Source of the DNA: Eledone cirrhosa
Taxonomy: Eukaryota
Assembly (NCBI GenBank): GCA_964016885.1
Contig: OZ024741.1
Span: forward strand, 340,442,001 to 340,506,000
DNA: 64,000 nucleotides
Direction of reading: 5' to 3'
Shown here one piece after another: positions 54,371-64,000 of this stretch. The position numbers and the translations under genes are program-made. Under the pieces are notes generated by a model that was not told the DNA's origin, searched no databases, and saw only the letters and a list, made by a program, of their open reading frames with translations. Each line of letters opens with the position of its first letter. Positions within the stretch are counted from its first letter, which is position 1.

Positions 54371-54530
54371 CGGTGGTGGTGGTAGTAGTAGTAGTAATAG
54401 TAGTAGTAGTGGTGGTAGTGGTAGTAGCAGCAGCAGCAGCAGTAGTAGTAGCAGCAGCAGTAGCAACAGCAGCAGTAATAGTAGTAGCAGCAGTAGCAGT
54501 AGTAGTAGTAGCAGCTGCAACAGTAGTACT
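54300..54530. repeat. Compound (ATT)/(AGT)/(AGC) trinucleotide microsatellite
   Basis: Direct reading. Confidence 0.9.
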
Positions 54531-54688
54531 TAAAATCTGCAATATAGTTGCAATATTGTTTCTAATTCAAGAAGGTTCGTTAATTCTACAAATTCGCTCA
54601 CCTTTCCCTTCTATGATAGATTTACTTCGCGTTTATTTTCACACTTCTATCAAGTGCTGAGCGGTATTGATAGAGGTGCCAGGTAAAG

Positions 54689-54736
<48 letters not shown>

Positions 54737-54942
54737 ATATGTATAATTATACATATAAAAGTATATGTATAATTATATATATACTTTTATACATACACAG
54801 ACACGCACACACACATACATACATATTGACATATATATATATATATACGCATATATATATATATACGCATATATATATATATACGCATATATAAGCATGA
54901 GGTAAAACTATTATGCTATCTCGTATTATATGTACGTGTAAA

Positions 54943-54997
<55 letters not shown>

Positions 54998-55211
54998 GCA
55001 TTCCAGGAGACTATGATATCACCTCGGATTTGAGACGTTAATATGTTTTTGTTGTAACCAAATTGCTAAAGAATTCAGCATTAGAGTTAATTAAAGTAGA
55101 CGAAGAATTAGTTAAATCCGTTGAGTTCTAGTTATGTTTAAGTGTATATTACATATTAATACACTCACACACACACACACACATGCATACACATACACAC
55201 ACACTAGCACG

Positions 55212-55242
<31 letters not shown>

Positions 55243-55689
55243 AAGCACGCATACATATATACACACACATATGTGTATAATATAGGTGATTATAGTGGAC
55301 TATTCCATTATTATTTTAGGTAGGATGAGAGAAGCACTATGCACACTAAAATCCTCAGCTTTTAAGGTGTTTAAAACAAATGAATAAGTTTTCGAAAATT
55401 AAGGTTCTTGTTGAGGACAGTTCAGGTAGCTGAGCATTACTATTCAAAACAACAAAAGACCAAAGTTAACAACTTAAATCCATTCTTTAATTACTACGTC
55501 TGTTTCAATACGGTTACAGTATTTATTATGTTATCATGAATTTTCCTTATACAGTTAGAAAATTCATAATAATATTATAAATAATAATGATGTAATGCTT
55601 TTCCGCTCAACCTCCCTCTTAAATAATTTCCATTCCTGCAAATCTAACAACAAATATTATTCTAACTGTATAAGGAAAATTAATAATAA

Positions 55690-55900
55690 TGGTTTCTTAT
55701 ATAGGCACAAGGTCAGCAATTGGGGGGGGGGGTCGATTAAATCGACACCAGTGCGTGACTGGTACTTTTTTTATCGACCCCGCAAGGATGACAGGCAAAG
55801 TTAACCTCTACGGGATTTTAACTCAGATCATAAATGGCCGTAACTCTATACTACAAAGCATGGTGTCCGACGCTTCACCGACACTGCCAATCCACCGCTC
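55690..55900 (-). mobile_element. tRNA-derived SINE
   Basis: Reverse complement of the family at 38190-38388. Confidence 0.75.
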
Positions 55901-55934
<34 letters not shown>

Positions 55935-56266
55935 AATAATGATGTAATGCATTTTACCTCAACCTATACTTTTGCACGTCGCAGCAGGTCCATGTACAAT
56001 ATGTTTTATATGCAATTGCTTGCTTTATGTTCAGTGTTTGATATGGGGTCTATTCTTATTACTCTTTGAATTTAGAAATGTTGTTCCTTCTCACGTTTTC
56101 TCACATTTTCAAGAAATGCAGTTATATGTAATATGTATGGTTTTAATAATTGCTAATTAATTATTTCCGAGTGTTTGATTTGCGCGTACTATTGTAACTG
56201 TATTGAAACGGACGTAGAAATTGAAAAATGGATTTGTTGTCGACTTTAGTCTTAACATTTTGTGTG

Positions 56267-56329
<63 letters not shown>

Positions 56330-56331
<2 letters not shown>

Positions 56332-58785
56332 ATAATAATAAATTTGAAGACTAAAATCCAAAGAGTGCTCGATAAGGATAAATATATATCAGATATATAA
56401 GAACCGTGGAGCAAATATTTATTAAAATAACAGATTAAAGTTTAAGCAAAGAATCGCTGCTTTCACCCTTAACGGGATCTTCTGAAACTAACAAAGTCAA
56501 TCTGTGAACGCAGAAGTGAATATTTCAAAAAACGTTGCAACCAGAGGAAGACAGGAAGACGATACTTTGGTTCGTGGAAACGTTCCTTGGCAAAGAACGG
56601 GAAAAAACGAATATAATACGTCGTTATTTGGAGCAGTGAAAAACAATTACACGCAAAGACAAAATCACGTTTATGGTATAAAAGAAGTCGTAGACTAATA
56701 TTCTATTAGGTGGTTCATAGAGACGTTCTCTGGCAATGAAGGAAAAAAAACGAAGATAATACGTCATATGTGGAGCGGAGAGAACAATTGCACGCAAAGA
56801 CAAAACCACGTAAATGGTATAACTGAAGTCGTAGACTAAATTCTAATTAGGAAACCGAATGATTCTCGGCTTCAGAGTTAAGAATAAAGTAAATAACATA
56901 CAGAGGTTATTGAAATTAAATAAATACATACACGCATCCATATAGATACTTACACAAGCATACGCGAAAACACTCGCCATAGGTATTCAAATACACATTG
57001 CCGTTTTATCCAATTCGACATCAATAATTACTACTCCTCCATCACTTTACCACTTCTCCTTAGAGCTATCAATTTCGCTAAAACACTCACAGTGGTTAAG
57101 AATTTCGAAGTTGATGTCATCCTCAATGGCCGTAAGTCGGTGATTAATTTCGACGACTCTATTTGGATTAAAAAATCTAATAGTACCCCATTCGACGTGA
57201 GTATGGGCGCCAGCGATTCTGCGGAGGTTATTGATCTTATCGGCCTTTTCCTTCTTTTCTCTATCAAGGAAGAATTCCTCAACGTGGGCGGTGGTTTGTA
57301 CCGTGATGATGGTCTTTTGACCATGACTAAGTGCGGCCCACGTGCTTGCGACAGGTTCAGAAAAGAACTTACAGCTTTCTTTAAAGGCTTCAACCTCTCC
57401 ATACAGGTTGAGGCCAACCTCTCGATCGTTAATTACCTTGACGTTACCCTCAATTTATCGAATGGCTTGCATTACCCGTATAGAAAGCCGAACGATACGC
57501 TTAATTACATAAGTAAGCATTCTAACCATCCTGCCAGCATAACCAAGAACCTGGTAAGAAACGTTTCTTTGAGGCTTTCCCGTCTATCTACTAACGAGCA
57601 TATTTTCAACGACCATTCCACATATTACAATGAAGCTCTTGCTCGGAGTGGATTTGTCGATAACGTAGCATATACAGAGTACGAGAATAGACCTAGAAGA
57701 AATAGATCCCGAAGCATTATATGGTATAACCCACCATATAATATGGAGGTGGCCGCACCATTAGCTAAGATCGTTCTCTCCCTTATTATGAAGCATTTTC
57801 CCCTACACATAAATATAGTAAAATTTTTAATAGAAATACTATTAAAATTTCTTACTCTACGACTCCTAACCTGGCACATAACATCACAGCTTCAAATTTA
57901 GCTAAACTACCTAGCCGTAGGAACACGTGCAACCCTGTAGTTAGTACTAACTGTAATTGTAGTAATCGGGTTGACTGTCTCCTATCCGGGAAATGCCTCT
58001 CTAGTATCATTGTCTACAAATGTAAGGTTGAAACACCCACGTCCCGTTGGGCCTACATAGGGTTAACCGCCAATAGATTCAAGCAGCGTCTTTACATGCA
58101 TACCTATTCTTTTCATTACCCTTTAAGAAGGAATATGACGTCACTTTCAGCTTTTATCTGGAGTCTAAAAGACAACCACACCCAATATAAGTTACACTGG
58201 GAGATCCTAGCTAGGGCTAGATCGTATAACGGAAATAAAAGACCATGTGACCTCTGCGCCGCTGAGGCACTGGAAATACTCTACGCCAAAGACCACATCT
58301 TAAACAAAAAATCTGAGGCAATTTCGGCTTGTAAACATAAATTGCACAAAACTTTCCTGTATTACAGCCCCACATTATACCCTAACGGATAGTACGAACT
58401 ATACGCGGATATCTTACGCCTTGATGTGGTAGCTAAGTATATGTTATGTTTATACCATCACTTATTTGTATAGGTAAGTATATATTACCTGTATGTTTTG
58501 TGAAGGTACGTATATTTTCTCGTACGTATATTTGATTGTATATGTTATTGCGTATATATTATATATTCTGGTACATATGCTTTTGGTTATGTGTATACGG
58601 GTTACATTTGCTTTTGGTTATGTGTATACGGGTTCGTACGTATGTAGGGTGTGTGTATATATGTGTACTTTGTGTTTTGGTTGACGTTCGTCTACGAACA
58701 TGTGTGTATTTACATGTAGGTATGTGTGTGCACTTGTTATATACGTATTTATTTATATACGTTTATTTAATTATATGTATACACG

Positions 58786-58816
<31 letters not shown>

Positions 58817-59512
58817 TTTTTTTAATATATATTTTTATGTGTATTTGGTGTATTACATCCGTATGCGTGCGGGTACAGGCGTTGCGTGGGTTATGTATGT
58901 GCGTGCGGTTTTTTTTTTGTTTGTTTGTTTTTTTTGTGTACGTGCGTGTATTTGTATACCTATGGCGAGTGTTTTCGCGTATGCTTGTGTATGTACGTAT
59001 ATTGATGCGTGTATGTATTTATTTAATTTCAATAACTTCTGTATTTTATTTACTTTATTCTTAACTCTGAAGCCGAGAATCATTCGGTTTTCTAGTTAGA
59101 ATTTTAGTCTACGACTTCAGTTATACCATTTACGTGGTTTTGTCTTTGCGTGCAATTGTTCTCACCGCTCCACATATGACGTATTATCTTCGTTTTTTCC
59201 GTTCATTGCTAGAGAACGTCTCTGTGAACCACCTAATAGAATATTAGTCTACGACTTCTTTTATACCATAAACGTAGTTTTGTCTTTGCGTGTAATTGTT
59301 TTTCACTGCTCCAAATAACGACGTATTATATTCGTTTTTTCCCGTTCTTTGCCAAGGAACGTTTCCACGAACCAAAGTATCGTCTTCCTGTCTTCCTCCG
59401 GTTGAAACCTTTTTTGAAATATTCACTTCTGCGTTCACAGATTGACTTTGTTAGTTTCAGAAGATCCCGTTGAAAGCAGCGATTCTTTGCTTAAATTTTA
59501 ATCTGTTATTTT

Positions 59513-59521
<9 letters not shown>
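56330..59521 (+). mobile_element. Penelope-like element with inverted pLTRs (arms ~56415-56996 and 58946-59521); RT plus GIY-YIG ORF ~56997-58392 with a frameshift near 57800
   Basis: FIQFDINNYYSSI, FDVSMGASDSAEV, GLYRDDGL, VNYLDVTLNL, WYNPPY, CNC...C.LSGKCL...VYKC, YIGLTA..FKQR, CDLC; both ends in (TA)n. Confidence 0.93.
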
Positions 59522-59585
<64 letters not shown>

Positions 59586-59656
59586 AAAGTTATATTTAAA
59601 TTGTTTAATATTTATATATATATATATAAATATTTAAATATATTTAAATATATATC

Positions 59657-59694
<38 letters not shown>

Positions 59695-59697
<3 letters not shown>

Positions 59698-59741
59698 CGA
59701 GTAGGACCCCGACGGCTGAGCTCAAGCCGTTTCGACGGCTA

Positions 59742-59744
<3 letters not shown>
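59695..59744 (-). mobile_element. 50-nt fragment identical to the arm of the 42.8-kb fold-back element
   Basis: GAACGAGTAGGACCCCGACGGCTGAGCTCAAGCCGTTTCGACGGCTAATT embedded in (TA)n. Confidence 0.9.
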
Positions 59745-59834
<90 letters not shown>

Positions 59835-59836
59835 TA

Positions 59837-59886
<50 letters not shown>

Positions 59887-59894
59887 TATATTTA

Positions 59895-59942
<48 letters not shown>

Positions 59943-59980
59943 TATATTTATATATATATATATATATAGATATATATATA

Positions 59981-60068
<88 letters not shown>

Positions 60069-60220
60069 TACAGTATTTTCCGTTGTGTTGTAATATAAAT
60101 ATTACACACAGTAGATTATCAGCTCACGTAGAGTTTGCTCGACGGTTCCAGTTGTAGTTCCAAAAGTAATCCGGAGAAAAATAGAAAGATTTGAATGGAT
60201 ACAGTTTAGTTGAAAGGAAT

Positions 60221-60337
60221 TTATTGACACGTGTTTCTATAACAGTTACATAACCTAAGACAGCTATCTACAAACTTTTAGTTATGCAGACATTCAATAT
60301 TTCAATGTTATTATTTACTGTCATTTCATCAGAATAA
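60221..60337 (-). ncRNA. Type I hammerhead with long stem II (left pLTR copy)
   Basis: Reverse complement of 63371-63487. Confidence 0.75.
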
Positions 60338-60889
60338 TATTACTGAGGACCTATTTAGTTTTTATAGAGAATATTAGGAGGGAGGGGTGAAGTTGTTAGA
60401 AGAATAGTTGAAGGAGTGGTTTTTCGATAGCAGTGAGAATTCTTGGTGGCAGTGAGTAATTAGATTCCCATCTGTTGTTTTGACATTTTTTATAGAATAT
60501 ATTATTGGTTATTTTTCTAAGTCTATAGAAGGATTAGAGATAGTAAAGATATGCGTGGTTGGTTTTGTGTTTGCACTTAATTAACATTCAGACTTAAATT
60601 TTTCTTTCAAGTGTACGTATCCTTTCACCCACGCATTCACACACAAATATATTTGCACACCTCTACAAAATACATATACTCACAATTCACATATTCATAC
60701 TTACATATATATATACATGCATACACATATATATACACACATGTATTCATGTACATACATACGCGCTCATGTGTATACATTTTCATACTCAACTTATCTT
60801 TATATACACACGTATAGACACACACATATATACATACATACTCTAGTCCATGTGTACACACATACACATACTTACACATATATACATAC

Positions 60890-60998
<109 letters not shown>

Positions 60999-62723
60999 TA
61001 CATATATATATACATATACACACATATACATATACATATATATATAAGCACTTTAATACATGAATACACTTACATCTAACTATACACATCAAACATATAT
61101 ATATATTTACTTATTTATATACATTTTCACATATATACATACTTATGGACGTTTTTAGACACATTCATTATCGCATATTTGTACCTATTCTCATCAGCAT
61201 ATCTTTTCATTATTAGTATGGTAATTTAAGGTTATTAATATATGTTGAGAAGAGATTGTTTTTATATTTTTCTAACTAGATTAAGGTTTATATAGTTGGG
61301 GGATGTCCCTCTTTTATGTAATATTCGGCTTGTAGTGGGAAAAAAGGGTTTTAGTTCTGTGACGGCAGAATAATGTTCGTTCAATTCTGTTATTCAGCAG
61401 TTTCTTCTTGTGTGTGATTATGTAATAAATCTCAAGATTACACAATTTGCAGAAATTTTGGCTCCTGGAAAAGCTTTGGGTTTTAGCTAATTTTTCCCAT
61501 TTTAGGGTAAACTTTTGGTCGCTATCCCTGAGCGTCCAAGCTTTTTCTGCTAAAGTTGTTACATTTCTTTGGCTCTGGTGTTTTATTGAGTAAGAATGCC
61601 TATACAATCGAGATTTAAACGATGTTGCCGTTGATCCCACGTAATACCACTCGTTGCCTCCGGATTTAATGGTACACTTATAAATAATATTTTTTTCCAG
61701 GCAGTTATTGCCGAGGGGGCAGTTGTCAGGATAGGTGCAGTTACAGTTGTGTACGTTGGGTTTTCTCTGGAGTAGTATTGCGGACGAACTTAGGTGTGGT
61801 TTATTTATGTTCTGTAGTGTATTGTCTACTGTTTTTTTTGTGTTCTTTGTACTTAAGTTCTTAGTGTTTTCGTTTAACCTTCTAGTATTGATCTTTTTTA
61901 TGTGTTGTTCAAGGTTTAACGCTGTAGAGTATGACAGTCTTATAGTGGTAGGGTTTAGGATTTTGTGGTATTTGTGTGATGTGGGAAAATGTCTTTTAAT
62001 TATTTTAAAGAAGAGTACTGGTAAATTTGTACTAATGGAGTTATTGTATTCGGGATTATACCATAAGTACTCTTTGCATCGCTTTCTATTAGTTTTGTTT
62101 CTTGGTTTACTGGTGTGCATACTATGGTAGTAAGTGTGGTTTGGTGTTGTGTTATTATATCTACCTATGTGGGATTTATTTTGGGTGTTTTGATTGTTCC
62201 CATCTATGTACTCTATTTTGTTGAGGTAGCCTGCTTTACTAAGGGCGTTATCGTAGTACTCGGCGTGTTCCTTAAATACTTGTATGTTAGAAGATAGACC
62301 CGAGATTCTAAGGGAAATATTTTTAGGGATAGATTTAATTATAGAGATGGGGTGGTTAGACCCAACATTTACGTATTTGAGATTTTCATTCAATTTATGA
62401 AACGGTTTAATCAAACCAGAGTTTAAATTGAGTGTGACATCTAGTTAGAAAAATATAAAAACAATCTCTTCTCAACATATATTAATAACCTTAAATTACC
62501 ATACTAATAATGAAAAGATATGCTGATGAGAATAGGTACAAATATGCGATAATGAATGTGTCTAAAAACGTCCATAAGTATGTATATATATGTGAAAATG
62601 TATATAAATAAGTAAATATATATATATGTTTGATGTGTATAGTTAGATGTAAGTGTATTCATGTATTAAAGTGCTTATATATATATGTATATGTATATGT
62701 GTGTATATGTATATATATATGTA

Positions 62724-62817
<94 letters not shown>

Positions 62818-63370
62818 TGTATGTATATATGTGTAAGTATGTGTATGTGTGTACACATGGACTAGAGTATGTATGTATATATGTGTGTGTCTATACGTGT
62901 GTATATAAAGATAAGTTGAGTATGAAAATGTATACACATGAGCGCGTATGTATGTACATGAATACATGTGTGTATATATATGTGTATGCATGTATATATA
63001 TATGTAAGTATGAATATGTGAATTGTGAGTATATGTATTTTGTAGAGGTGTGCAAATATATTTGTGTGTGAATGCGTGGGTGAAAGGATACGTACACTTG
63101 AAAGAAAAATTTAAGTCTGAATGTTAATTAAGTGCAAACACAAAACCAACCACGCATATCTTTACTATCTCTAATCCTTCTATAGACTTAGAAAAATAAC
63201 CAATAATATATTCTATAAAAAATGTCAAAACAACAGATGGGAATCTAATTACTCACTGCCACCAAGAATTCTCACTGCTATCGAAAAACCACTCCTTCAA
63301 CTATTCTTCTAACAACTTCACCCCTCCCTCCTAATATTCTCTATAAAAACTAAATAGGTCCTCAGTAATA

Positions 63371-63487
63371 TTATTCTGATGAAATGACAGTAAATAATAA
63401 CATTGAAATATTGAATGTCTGCATAACTAAAAGTTTGTAGATAGCTGTTTTAGGTTATGTAACTGTTATAGAAACACGTGTCAATAA
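63371..63487 (+). ncRNA. Type I hammerhead with long branched stem II (right pLTR copy)
   Basis: TTATT-CTGATGA(63376)-A-ATGACAGT...ACTGTTAT-A-GAAA(63471)-CACGTG-TC-AATAA. Confidence 0.78.
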
Positions 63488-63527
63488 ATTCCTTTCAACT
63501 AAACTGTATCCATTCAAATCTTTCTAT

Positions 63528-64000
<473 letters not shown>

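Overview
AT-rich, microsatellite-laden animal genomic DNA with a 200-N gap at 27728-27927. The repeat types suggest an octopus or other cephalopod, which is my inference and is not proven. Three host genes are recognisable: Elongin C (first coding exon, minus strand, 2356-2521, probable non-coding exon and promoter near 10.8-10.9 kb), a complete three-exon MRPL43 (minus strand, 14683-22924, 178 aa) and an intronless MZT2/MOZART2-like ORF (plus strand, 38818-39144). The rest is mobile-element debris: RTE, CR1 and CRE-type non-LTR retrotransposons, SINEs, hAT, piggyBac and pogo MITEs, two copies of a non-autonomous Helitron (one containing a CRE retroelement) and two degenerate DNA transposases. 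Penelope-like elements (PLEs) are especially frequent and mostly sit in (TA)n tracts. The most interesting signal is RNA-structural. At least six intact-looking type I hammerhead ribozymes are present, two with a U3-A8 core variant. In several sequence-unrelated families the cleavage site is followed 25-56 nt later by the same bulged hairpin (CTC-stem-loop-stem-TH-GAG). Several repeat copies end just before that hairpin, and three fold-back palindromes pivot in hammerhead stem II. All structures were read by eye; no search or folding program was run.
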